Counted from the stretch's first letter, positions 1-11,917 are shown. The stretch: 64,000 nucleotides of DNA from Octopus bimaculoides (GCF_001194135.2 NC_068990.1:18875304-18939303); one strand, 5' to 3'. Notes: generated by a model not told the origin, from the sequence alone. A program made the numbers and translations.

Positions 1-90
1 AAAAAAAGGTACTGAAACCTATTTGAAAATGATACCTACCATCCCTACAAGAAGTCCAAAAAATCGTGTTAACTGGAACGACCCATGTAC
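1..90. mobile_element. Possible right end (TIR) of a Tc1/mariner-type DNA element truncated by the window edge
   Basis: Ends in AACTGGAACGACCCATGTA, i.e. TACATGGGTCGTTCCAGTT on the minus strand. This resembles a TA-flanked Tc1/mariner terminus, but no partner TIR lies in the window. Confidence 0.25.
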
Positions 91-450
91 TGAGAAGAAC
101 ATTATCGCTGAGAAAACAACATCCATTCATGAATTTATTTATTTTTTTTTTTATATACATATTTTACTTGTGAATTTGCATGTGTAAACTGGGAATGCAT
201 ACAATGAGCTTCTCTGCCCCAGGTGTACGGAAAACAGTCACGAGAAATGGAAGAAAATTTCAAGAAAGAATAAAAGAAAACATAATAATAATAATAAACA
301 TAATAATAAAAAGCATAATAATAAAAAGGTGTTACAGTGGTGATTAATTAGTTTTATAATCAGATGCAGTTTTCTTTGCAACATTGAAAACCTGACATTC
401 ATTTTCAAAGTAGTGTGATTTAATTGTGATCCTACTTCATATTGTGTGGA

Positions 451-476
451 CGCCTCCAGGCGATAAGTAGGCTAGT
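451..476 (+). mobile_element. Helitron-like 3' terminus (hairpin + CTAG)
   Basis: Hairpin CGCCT-CC-AGGCG (451-462), 9-nt spacer, CTAG (472-475), then T. This is the canonical Helitron 3' geometry. Confidence 0.4.
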
Positions 477-772
477 CCAATACATATAAATCGCTAGAGC
501 AAGCGCGGGAAAAGGAGAACTGAATGTATGCCTGTTGAATTGTGGAAGACTTTGTGTAGCTTGCCCATTTGTGGGTGAAGCAACGAATATTGGAAATATG
601 TAGTCGCAGAATGGAAGCTATGCTGCGGTGACTGGCAGAAACCTGTCAGCTGAGCTGTTGCACACAAAAGAGTTCGGAGTTGGAAATAAAGACTTCAAGA
701 AATACAACGGACTATTGAAGAAAGAACGCGGTAGCCTGAGGCTAACGCCACACAAAAAAAAAAAAAAACACG

Positions 773-1158
773 ACAGAGAAGGCAGAGCAAAAGACAATAA
801 CATACCGTACGTTAAATATAGCAACAAAGAAAATAGAAATTGCTAATGTCGACGAGATAGAGGAGTGTTGGAAGTATATCATAGACGTGATAACGTTTTT
901 TAATGGAGGAAGAAAATACGGCACAGTGAAGGTACGAAGCGAAAAAATACTCCACCGTAGCCTTAAAATAATCGAAATGGGCACTCCTACCGACGTACTG
1001 CGGAAAGCGCGCGGCCCGAGTTCGAATCGGAAGCGTGTCACTTTAAATTGAGGAAGACTGGCTGGTAGCTACAATTTTATTCAATACGGAGGAAAACACG
1101 GAAATTTTTAAAATGTCAAAGACAACGGAGGTCAGCTTGTGGGGGTATGTCTGTATAT
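773..1158 (+). pseudogene. Degraded ORF1 (gag/RRM-like) of a non-LTR retrotransposon
   Basis: Manual translation across one frameshift: TEKAEQKTITYRTLNIATKKIEIANVDEIEECWKYIIDVITFLMGGRKYGTVKVR...EWALLPTYCGKRAARVRIGSVSL*IEEDWLVATILF. The PTY-G-R...RVRIG segment resembles L1/Tx1-type ORF1. CpG-rich relative to the flanks. Confidence 0.5.
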
Positions 1159-2188
1159 AAAAAAAAAAGCTTAGAGATAGAAAAACATGTAACAAAGATA
1201 AAATGAATTATAAGAGTGAGAATGACAAACGAAAATGCCATAGGAGTACTGCTGGACGATGGAAAAGCGACAAACTTGAAAGATTTGGAGAGAGGATTGA
1301 GCTATTATTAAAGTGCAATACTTGTGATAGACTTTTCGGAATTGGATTATTTTGAGGAAGACTGAACAAAGTAAATATAATTGCAATAAATCATGATAAA
1401 TACTGAACTGTTAGAACAGCAAAATGGAACTTTCCCCTTTGGTGGGTAGGAAGCCATTTTGAGCTTTTCAATGACGTGTATTCGCTTGACAGGACGCACC
1501 AACTAGCTATAATCATCCTCAATTTCTGTGGCTTTTTATTCATGTTAGACCTGTTTATTATTTCAGACGCAACATTGGCATACTCAGAAGTTGAGTGTTG
1601 TTATATACAATTTATTCATCCTTTTCTACTCTATGTTCTGAGGTCGAATATCATTAAACAATACTTGAAATAAGCTACAGTCGTGTAGGGAGATTGATTT
1701 GTTTTGATTCCTTCTTCAGAGTACTTGTTCAGTGTATTACACCCACCACTTACAAGCTATAAAAACGAAATTCATTGATATTAGATTTATATACTCTCAT
1801 TAGTGATATGTGCTATATATATATGACATTTAGCAAATAATTCATTAAAGATTTTCTGTATTAGAAACATAAATGTTAAAATTCAAATCATATTCTTTAA
1901 TAAGTCCCACTGAGATATATGAAGACGACTCTAATATAAAATATATATTGTAATTACATGATATTAATGTTAGTTTGCTATTATTATCACTTGACTGCAC
2001 AGTTTCGATTAAAATTGTCATTGAAATCATAGCACATACTAACAGACTACATGAATTCAAAATAAATTACTTCATACTGAGATCAATGCGTTATTCGATC
2101 GGAATGGTAACATGATTCCGTTACATTAAAAAAATAAATTGTTTTTACGCATCTGCATATGCGATGGCGGTTACAAACTTTCGTAAAT

Positions 2189-2243
2189 GTATCTAAACGT
2201 GTGTGTGTGTGTGTGTGTGTGTGTCTGTGTGTGTGTGTGTGTG
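2189..2243. repeat. (GT)n microsatellite
   Basis: Direct reading. Confidence 0.95.
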
Positions 2244-2245
2244 AA

Positions 2246-2645
2246 GGTGCGTGGATTAGTGTTTACGGTTTTCAGCTCATGATCGTATCGTAGTCGGTTC
2301 GATTGTTTTAAGCAAGGCATTTGATTTCACCTTAAACCAGTCCATTCAACTACCCAAAATGAGTTGCACTTCTTTTCTACTCAAGGCACAAGACCCAAAA
2401 TTTTTTGAGGAGGGAGCCAGTCGATTAGATTCACCCCAGTACGAAACTTATACCTAATTTATTGACTTCGAAAGGATGAAAGGCAAAGTCTACCTCGGCG
2501 GAATTTGAACTCAGAACTTAAAAAGAGACGAAATACTGCTAAGCACTTCTTATTCAAATCTCCCGCGTTGTCACATTTTGTGTCATGCTGAATCTCCCTA
2601 AGAACTACACTCAATGTACGCATGATTGAGTAGTGCTCAGTTACA
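2246..2645 (+). mobile_element. tRNA-derived SINE (family C: CORE-like body plus family-B tail), interrupted by a nested SINE
   Basis: Head GGTGCGTGGATTAGTG...GTCGGTTCGATT, body ...CCAGTCCATTCAACT...AAAATGAGTT, and tail resuming at about 2550 (TTGTCACATTTTGTGTCATGCTGAATCTCCCTAAGAACTAC). Collinear with the copy at 15806-16134. Confidence 0.75.
2370..2549 (-). mobile_element. SINE family A (Meta/MESC-like core), nested in a family-C SINE
   Basis: Reverse complement contains TTCTGAGTTCAAATTCCGCCGAGGTAGACTTTGCCTTTCATCCTTTCG, matching the copies at 14025 and 21941. Confidence 0.85.
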
Positions 2646-2847
2646 TGTACCTTATCGTCACGCGCAAGCTTTTCCGTTTATCGGATTCACTGGAACACTC
2701 ATCCTCATTACTGACGGAATACTTGTTATATGTGTACACACGCACACACACATGTCTGCGTGTGTGTGAGTGTCTGTGTGTGTATGTGTGTCAGTGTATA
2801 TATATATATGTATATAATTTATACACATAATCTATATGCTCTAGAGT

Positions 2848-3128
2848 GGAGTCGCAATGGCCCAGTGGTTAGGACAGTGGACTCGGGATCGTAGGATCGC
2901 GGTTTCGATTCCCAGTCCGGGTGTGTGAGTGTTTATTGAGTGAAAACACCTGAAGCTCCGGCAGGGGATGATGGCGCACCCTGCTGTACTCTTACACCAG
3001 CACTTTCTCTCAATCTTTTCTTCCTGTTTCTCTTGTACCTGTATTTCAAAGGGCCGGCCGTGTCACACTCTGTGTCACGCTGAACCTCGCCGTGTACTGC
3101 GTTAAGGGTGCACGTGTCTGTGGAGTGC
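2848..3128 (+). mobile_element. tRNA-derived SINE family B, 3'-truncated
   Basis: A-box TGGCCCAGTGG (2858-2868) and B-box GGTTTCGATTCCC (2901-2913). The body aligns with the full-length minus-strand copy at 40928-41314. Confidence 0.9.
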
Positions 3129-3309
3129 ATTCATTGTTGTTTTATATTACATTGAACCCTTTGTTATTGAACCTAGCCATCTTCGTCGTTCTACATGTTG
3201 ATGTGCGTAGCTTCTATTGAATCACATAATTCTACGTCTATCTATCTATCTATGTATATCTGTGCACGCGCTTATTAAAGTAACTAAGCATAATTTTCTG
3301 TCCCTACAT

Positions 3310-3648
3310 AATATATATATGTGTGTATATATATTTATATATATATATGTATGTGTGTGTGTATATATATATATATATATACACACAGACACACACACAA
3401 TTGCTCATGTATTATGTATACCAATCTATATACTTATTAATCATTTTTGTATATACATTGAGTTTTACATAAATATTATTAAATATTTATCTTATGTGCG
3501 CACGCATACATAAGATAGTCACTATGTTTATGAGTATATGTAAGAAATATAAATGATGAATATTTTAAATCACATGTATATATACGGTAATGTATGTATG
3601 AATTTAAGTATAGTCAGTCATTCATAGACATACTTGTATATGTAGTAA

Positions 3649-3706
<58 letters not shown>

Positions 3707-3950
3707 GTGTGTGTGTGTGTGTGGAAGAGAACAAGTTGTCTATATGTGTGTGTTTATATATATATATATGAGATATACATGTGGAAGAGGCCGAGGTATG
3801 TATACATATATTTATATGTATGTATATGTATATATGTACGTATATGTGTGCGTGTGTGTGCGGGCGTATATATACATACATATGTGTATATATATTCCTG
3901 AATGAGTGTGTGTATATATATATATATATATGTGTGTGTGTTTGTGTATT
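3310..3950. repeat. Compound (TA)n/(TG)n microsatellite-rich tract
   Basis: Direct reading. Confidence 0.9.
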
Positions 3951-4489
3951 CGTAATTGGTCGCATAAATTAATATTTGTATAAATATATGTTCACATTGT
4001 CTTCATAACCGGAAATGTGAAGCTTAGTGAATATCATGCATGGTGAGTTGTAGCATTTCAAAATGAAGCAGATGTATTAGAATAATTATATTACGTTTCT
4101 CTGTTTGTTTATTGTTAAAGCTAAGAATAAAACTAAATTAAATATTCAGTCTGATCATTAATGTCAAATATTTTAATATGGTATTTGATTTATTGTAGTT
4201 CGTGGCAAAAACTTAGTCAACAAACGAGCAAAAAAAGAAACGGGTTAAGCAATAAATCATGAAGTTCTCTTGAATTCATAATTGATAAAGTCAAATATCT
4301 GACATTATGTATTTTGTTTTATTTTCAGGTAGGTAAATTTCAATAATTTATCGAAAATTTTGGAGTATTAATTTCAAGAAATGAAAATGAGTCTCAGAGG
4401 TTGGTCTTCATCTTTTGTATTCTAAATACATTTTTTGTAGGTTTTTCAGCGTAAATATATGAATATCTCTTCCATTTATCTCTCTGTAA

Positions 4490-4566
4490 ATATATATAAA
4501 TATATGTATGTATGTATACATTCTACACACACACGTATATATGCATGTATATACCTGTATATGTAC

Positions 4567-4604
<38 letters not shown>

Positions 4605-4809
4605 AATATATGAGTATATGCATATATATGTACATGTATGTATATACGTTCATCCACATGTACATATAGATACATAACTGGGTACATGACGTGGCAAAAG
4701 AACAAGGACAAAAATGGTAAACAAGGTGCAACAAACAAGCAGGCCACATAGAAACATCCATATACATGTGCATATAGGTATAGCTAAATGTAGATATACT
4801 TGTGCGTGT

Positions 4810-4846
<37 letters not shown>
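4490..4846. repeat. Compound (TA)n/(TG)n microsatellite-rich tract
   Basis: Direct reading. Confidence 0.9.
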
Positions 4847-4849
<3 letters not shown>

Positions 4850-7399
4850 TTCGAAACTTCGGCAGACGTAAAATATTGGATTTCTTTAAAGTCTAAAACA
4901 CGAAGTAAAATAAGGTGGTAATATCTTCGAGAATTCACACAGAACTGTATCAATTTTAGACTTGAAGTTCCATTAAGGATTTAGATGAAGATTCTTGAAC
5001 GGAGTATGCATAAACAACACATTGACAAAAGTATTTTTTTGGAAGTAATTGAAACACTTATTCAATCAAAACTGGAGGTTTACACCGAGAGAAAAAAAGA
5101 ATTGGAGCATAAAATGCTCAATACACTAATACAGATGGGATTTAGATATACATATCCTAAATAATACAAACCTCTGTCAATACATTAAAGAAATGATTTT
5201 TAACTATGGCCGAATTTTAGGGTTTTAGATGTGGCAAAAATCATTTTATTTGGTTTGTTTTAAATACAATCGTATTCAAATTTAATGAATTTTTACAAAA
5301 AATAAATAAATAAATAAATAAATAAAATTACAGTTGTATTTGCATTCGGATAACTAATTACTAATATTTCTGAAGTATCAAAACTCAATTCTAATAGAAT
5401 TTCATTCTCGTGTAATTCTATTTTTTTTTTTGATAAAATTCACAGTCAATGAATAATCTGCGATTGATTGTTTTAGTTCTTCACCAATTCATGGATACGT
5501 GACGGAATGGTTGAAAGGGAATAACACAAGTCATTTTTAATTCAATTTCTTCCTTGTTTCTTTGGATCCGTTTGCAACAGCATTGAAAAATCAAATTTTA
5601 AAGACTCATATGGAAGCAATGCATGCATCGCCTCTCTTCTGATAAATTTGGATAACAAAATGCACGTTAGTGGAGCAAATTTTGTGATTGATTTCTTATC
5701 AAACATATTTCTTGTTTCATGATTAGATTTTGACTCCAGAAATGTATCTTAAGAATCAACACTAAACTTTGTACCTGAACATTTAAATGCACTGGCCTCT
5801 AATCCAACTACGCAGCATTCAGTGCAGTAAATATGGACTGCATTTTTTATAAAGTGCATTCTAATTATTGCAAGTATGACAACTAGAAAATTCTAGAAGT
5901 GCCATTCTTCACAACTTGCAAAACCAATTACTGAGGAATTCTTTAATTTTGCTACATTCTTTTATAATTTCTTCTCAAATTTTCGTTTTTCGTAATGAAA
6001 CCCTTCAAGGAATCAATAGATTTAATGAGTTATCATTCCATCTGGCGTCTGATGGTTTCATCAATTCAGCTGCTCAAAAACTTTAATCAAAGTAGGCATC
6101 CTGCATTATATCGTTATACTGCTCAGTAAGAAATTATCACGTAACCAGGATTTTGTAAAAGGAGAGGATTTTGGACACATCCGTTATCTAAAATCACATA
6201 TTGAGTTATGTTTTCTCTTGAAATGTATCATGTATTTACGTAGAGATGATGCAAGTGAAAGCGTGCATCCATGGCAATATATAATTACGTCGAGATCATG
6301 AGCTAAGAGCTTTTCCCTTCATAAAATTCGCAATTGGGTTGTTTGATCTCTGACCTTCTTTGTTGAAGGCAGAATTATTTGTGACATCTCATGGAACATA
6401 AAAAGCCTTTCGCTTTTGAAACTCGCCTTTTCACACAAACTGAAATGCAGTTCTTGCTTCTGACATAGCTGGCGAGCTATTAGTTCAGCGTAGTCTTTAT
6501 CACACAAACCATTTCCTGATTCCATGGGAGATGAAAATAAAATACCGGACAATATAAAAAAAGGGATTGCCATAGGTAGAATACCTTAGGGTAGAAAAAT
6601 GCTTGATCAGTGCTGGTCTCCTCGTGAGCAGCAGGATACACTTTGTGTTCAGATAAAATATTAAATTCTCACATTGCAGCAATATTAAATGTTTTGGTAC
6701 GAGAAAATTTCATGACTCAACACAATATATTTATTAAATAGAAGGTACAATAAAATGTACGTTTCTTTTTTTTTCTATTTTAAAAATAAGAAAATTATCG
6801 AAATTAAATTATTGAAATGGAAATGATATACATAATCTTAAGATGAGCATCCATAAATGCACAATATGCATATATTGATGAATACATGAATGCATAAAGA
6901 TGTTTGTATGTGCGTGTATATATNNNNNNNNNNATATATATATATATAATATGTTTGTATGTATGTGAGTAAATATATGCACCTGCTTTAAATGTAGTGA
7001 AGCAGATATATATTATAATGTTTATATGTACGCACGTGCGCTTTTGTGGGTGTATGCTTGTGTATGTATAAATCCGTGATAATGTATGCAAATTAGGTAT
7101 ATTTTATATATTTTTGTGTGAGGTCGATGTTTCACATATGTAAATATCCATTAAGTAATAGATAGATATGTTATCAAAATTTGATCTGCATATTACCTAT
7201 GCATAGGTGTATCTGTTTCATTGACTTTATGTGTGTGTGTGTGTGTGTGTGTGTAAGGAGGATGGAGAGAGAGGGAAAAAGAAAGTGAGAGAGAGAGAGA
7301 TAAGTGAAACATTCATATATGTCTCTGTGTGTGCCCTTAGCGATATTTAAAGCTGGATACAATTTCTGATGTGACAATATAACTATCCCCCACTCTCTC

Positions 7400-7400
7400 C

Positions 7401-7442
<42 letters not shown>
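7400..7442. repeat. (TATC)n microsatellite
   Basis: Direct reading. Confidence 0.95.
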
Positions 7443-7603
7443 TTACATACATATCTCCATACATACATATACATATATATGGTCATCCCATAAATAATAT
7501 TGATTTTTCAATTGCATGAAGTAAAATTCGGAGGTGGACGGGATAAACAGCCTGCGTTAACATGCTATAAAAGCAGGTAGTAATTTTACCTTGTACTTAT
7601 TCT

Positions 7604-7898
7604 TAATGTAGAGGCACATAGCCTAGTAGTTAGAGCAGTGGGTTCGAATCTCAAACCGAGCGATGTGTGTGTTTATGCGTGAAACATATAAGCTCCACAT
7701 GGTTCCGACAGAAGGTAATGGCGAACTTCTGCTGACTTTTACGCCCCAACTTTCTCTCACTCTTTCCTCCTACATCTAGCAGCTCACCTGTGACAGATCG
7801 GCGTCCCGTCCATGTGGGGAACCTATACGCCTATGAAAACGGGAATCCGGAGCTTATTTCCCAGTCATATGTGAAGAAGGAACAAGCAACAACAACAT
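7604..7898 (+). mobile_element. SINE with family-B-type head, V-domain-like body and (CAA)n tail, inserted in the mariner
   Basis: Head GGCACATAGCCTAGTAGTTAG...GGTTCGAATCTC, body CTGTGACAGATCGGCGTCCCGTCC, tail AACAAGCAACAACAACA. TSD TTATTCT at 7597-7603 and 7899-7905. Confidence 0.8.
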
Positions 7899-7963
7899 TT
7901 ATTCTCAGTGCAAGTTCTAAAGAGTGCAGTTCGATTTTAACAGTTATTTTTTTCAAAGCTATA

Positions 7964-8492
7964 ATGGAAATAACAGAGAAGCATATTTTGCAGAATGAGT
8001 TCAATAATGCCAACAACGCAGCGAAAGTGTGAGGAATATTAATGCAGTATATTGGAATCGGACAATAAGCGTAAGCCATTATCAAGGGTAGTTCCAGAAA
8101 TTCCGAGCTGGACATTAGAGCCTAGAGGACGAGCCTCGTCGTGCAAGATCTAAAGGACTCGACGAGGACGTTCTGCAAACCCTGGTGAAACAAAATCCCA
8201 TAGTAACCGTTGAGGAACTAGCAGGGAAATTTAGATTTTGGTCTTTCAACCAGTCATTAAAGTCAGTACTAGAAGAGAAACCACCATCTTTGGTTTCAAG
8301 ATGAAAGGTTTTCTTCTATCAAGGTAATGGTCGGCCACATACATCAATGTAATGCTCGGCTCCCACCGAAGAGGAGGAGTGGAGGAGTATTTTTCATCAC
8401 GGGCAATTAAACTTTGGAAGGGAGACCTTACAAGTTTACCAGATAGATGGAACAGCATTGTAGAAAATGAAGGAGAGTATATTTTAGATTAA
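7964..8492 (+). pseudogene. Mariner transposase relic (stops, frameshifts, large deletions)
   Basis: MEITEKHIL...FQKFRAG...SLEDEPR...LDEDVLQTLVKQNPIVTVEELA...FYQGNGRPH...LPDRWNSIVENEGEYILD*, which is typical mariner HTH and C-terminal sequence. Confidence 0.85.
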
Positions 8493-8559
8493 AAAAGAAC
8501 TTTGTTGTTTATCTTAATTTAGAAAAATTAAAGTATAAAAAGAAACAATGCTTATGGGA

Positions 8560-8563
<4 letters not shown>

Positions 8564-8647
<84 letters not shown>
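8564..8647. repeat. (CT)n followed by (TA)n microsatellite at the mariner TA target
   Basis: Direct reading. Confidence 0.95.
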
Positions 8648-11224
8648 CACTTGTATATTCCGCTTAAACACTGTATGCTAGTTGTCGTGTTATTGCAAAC
8701 CAAATTTCAAGGCAACACATTGAAATATTTGTAATTAATCTATTGTGTAATCACATTTGTTAATAAACAATCAGTTATTTCATTTCGTTACAGTAACAGA
8801 TCTCCCTAAAATAGTTTATGTAATGCAGTTATGTAAAATTCCTCCAGGAAACATAATATATAAGCATGAACACTACGCTGTTAAGTCATACAATATGTAT
8901 TTATTTAGTTATGGTCAATTGTGTTCTGACGTCATTATCGAAATCAAGTTGTGGAGGTTTATACGTCAGAGTAAATAATGTCCGTTACTATATATCCCAC
9001 GTGGGACCTTGTCGGAAAGGTCATAGAATTTATATTTCATTAGCATCTATTGATTACTTCTCTGCGTTATCTTGTGTACACGGTTAGGCCAGAACTCAAT
9101 CAATATATAGCTAAGAAATGTTAATACGGTGTAACATAACAATTTTACGACTGAACATACAAGATTTCCCTTGTCACCAGTTCGAGTTATATTTGGCTAA
9201 AGTATTCAATTATTCGGACTCTGAAAGAATAAGCCCATAGTGTTCATGGTTACACTACACCGAATGAAATTACTCTCTCTACTGAGTTGTAAATATAAAA
9301 GGTGTAAGTGTAAATCTGACTTGTGTATTGAGTCGTATTGTGTCGGCCCTTAAGTATTCAACCGAATGCCTAACCTCGACTTAGAGCAAATGATATGAAA
9401 CCTAGTCGCTCGCCAGCTTGCCAACACATAATAAATTCACCAAACATGCCCTACCAAATTCTTCAACTAATTTTCTTCTCTCCTTGTCAATTAAAATTTC
9501 TTTTCACTATATATACATCAACCGACTTCCAACTGTTATCCCTCACAAGGGAGGGGGGCAATCAGTGCTTAAACAATTCCTATATTGCTCTCTCTAACCG
9601 TACCCAACGCTGACACCCATCTCCTCCTATAAGAAATCATTCTCATTCTACGTTGCTTGATATTATCAATGAGGTGATTGTAGGTGCTAAGATTTTCCGC
9701 GTCACTGCCACCACTATTATCATCTTGAAAACATCTAGTCAAGACAAACATGTTATATCGTTGACGTCTTCTTAGAATTGCTGATGAATATTGACCCCCA
9801 TTCTGTAAATTTTTAAAATACAAAAGCAAAAAAAATCTATTTTTCTGTTTTATATTTTTATCAGTAACCTAAAAAATATTTGATAATTTTTCTTTGTATA
9901 TTAGAGGGGATCTTTTCGAGATATTCTCTTATCTCTGCAGATACCATGTCATCATTCTTGAATTTATTTTCTCCACATAACAGATGCATAGGTATTGTTT
10001 TATTGGCAAGTGATAGTAAAAATCCTAATTTGAAATCCACTTGCGAATACCCCTGGCACTACGTATTAAAGGGGTTTGTCATTGTGGGTGTCAAATTAAA
10101 CAAAAAGCAAAAGATATACAAAATTTAAAGAGTAAATTCATAATTGTCAGGAAACTGAAGTCACTTTACTGTAAATGGGCAATAAATGCGCACCAGAATT
10201 CCATGTCTGTATCACGATGTATCCATGAAAAGTGCTACAGCATTTTGAACTTCCAAACTGTATTGCAGATTCGTCGTTTCAATCAGCTCTTAATCATCTT
10301 GAAAACAAACAATACGCTTATAATTCAGCTCCGGTGGTTAGATTCAAATCTAACCACTTTGCCGCCCCCCCCCCCGATCTAGACTGTTAACTTAAAGGAC
10401 GTGATCATGATTGACACACCAAACTTTCTTAGCCTTTCTAAATTCGTCAAAATCTCTCTCTAACAGAATAGTCAACTCTCACAACGAGAGAACAACATTG
10501 TGACCACAACTGTTTTTCTTGAAATAGCATGAACATTCCCTCAAATTTCAAAGTATTGACATAGAAAATGAAAATGAATGGTACGGCTTGAATGAGTTTG
10601 TTCATATATCTGCGTGTTGATCTGGGGATAAGGAACAAAAGCAAGCGGAAGAAGAAGAAAAAGAACAACAACGGTACTACAACTTAATTTATTTTAATTT
10701 AAAGGCCATACAGACTGTATATTTTTTTTACGCTTCTGTCTCCTGTATTCTTTTTGCAGAATTTCGAATATTGGTAATTTTACAAAAATGGTAAAAATCT
10801 AGAGTGTAATTCGATTTGTAGAAGAAATTAAATTTATGGAGCAGACCCGTATTTCTAGTTTCAATGTAAGAATACATGAGTAGTGTTATACGGCTTCAGA
10901 GTATATGGGATATCATGCAAAACACTATCTTCGTTAGTTCATTGTAGTGTTTCATCATATATGCCACGTATTTTGTTTTAAATATTTAGTGAGGAGAGAA
11001 CTATGAGTCCATGACATTTTGTAGTCACTCTGAGACTGAGTAGTGAAGTTATCTTCAATCGACCGAAATCTTGTTATAAAGTTAACTCAGCTAAAGCATC
11101 CATTACTCGGGTGGTGGTCCTAGAACGGATAAGAAATTAATTTTTTCCTTTAAGTAGATCAATGCTAGATATGAACGGGGGACGGCAAAGAACCACGAGA
11201 AATACCTCAAGGCATCCATTCCGA

Positions 11225-11395
11225 TGTTCACCTAAATCCACCATATTTGATTATAGTTTTAATATCAATCCCGAATCGATGAAAGATGCAGATAAGCCTG
11301 ATAGGATTTGAGATGACACGCAACAGAATCGGAGCAAATGTGTCAGGTCATTTATCAGAGCAACACGCCGCTAACAACTCTAGAATAGCACCATA
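11225..11395 (-). mobile_element. Highly diverged SINE family A copy
   Basis: TCAATCCCGAATCGATGAAAG...GGATTTGAG...ACGCCGCTAAC loosely parallels the family-A reverse strand. Confidence 0.45.
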
Positions 11396-11860
11396 CAACG
11401 ATCAGTAAATATCTTAAATAAACTCACAGCTATTTTTGTTCGTCCAGGCCTTTGAGACGTTCGCCTGAAGAAAATATTATACCTGAATCATTACTCTTTT
11501 AATAGAACTTTTTGTAGCAGAAACGTAGGTTTATGCGCATTTTAAAGTTCTAATAAAATATAAATTAGCTTTTAATTTTGTTTTAGCTAGACAGCTCAAG
11601 TACTTTTTACTATCATCTTATACGAGGACACACGTTTTATGTTCATGTGTTTGTGCTCTCCCTTCTAAGTTACTGATCTATTGTAATATCCTATAAAATG
11701 TCCTTAAGAAAGACCATCGGAGAATGAGAGGGGGGAAAGGAGATAAAATGTTCTCTTAAATTGTTTGCAATATTTAGTCTCTTCCTTTTACATTTTGAAT
11801 TGTAGTGTCGCTACTTTCGCTTTATCTCGCTATCAATCGATAACCGATACTAGAAATAAC

Positions 11861-11864
11861 TGTG

Positions 11865-11917
<53 letters not shown>

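Larger units (their letters stand above)
7481..8563 (+). mobile_element. Internally deleted mariner element with a SINE inserted in its 5' region
   Basis: Inverted ends GGTCATCCCATAAATAAT... and ...TTATGGGATGAC enclose a transposase relic. Confidence 0.85.

Noticed and set aside
1690-1725. CTGAAGA...AAAACAAATC on the minus strand, hammerhead-like
   Set aside because: G12 is absent, helix I does not pair and helix II is unclear. Too degenerate.
2848-2920. tRNA-like A/B boxes (also at 15814, 41314 and 63653)
   Set aside because: These are SINE heads continuing into repeat bodies. They have no complete cloverleaf or acceptor stem, so they are not called as tRNA genes.
3217-4953. Numerous 60-180 aa ORFs rich in YI/CV/HT
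   Set aside because: Translations of (TA)n, (TG)n and (CA)n microsatellites. The same applies to similar ORFs throughout the window.
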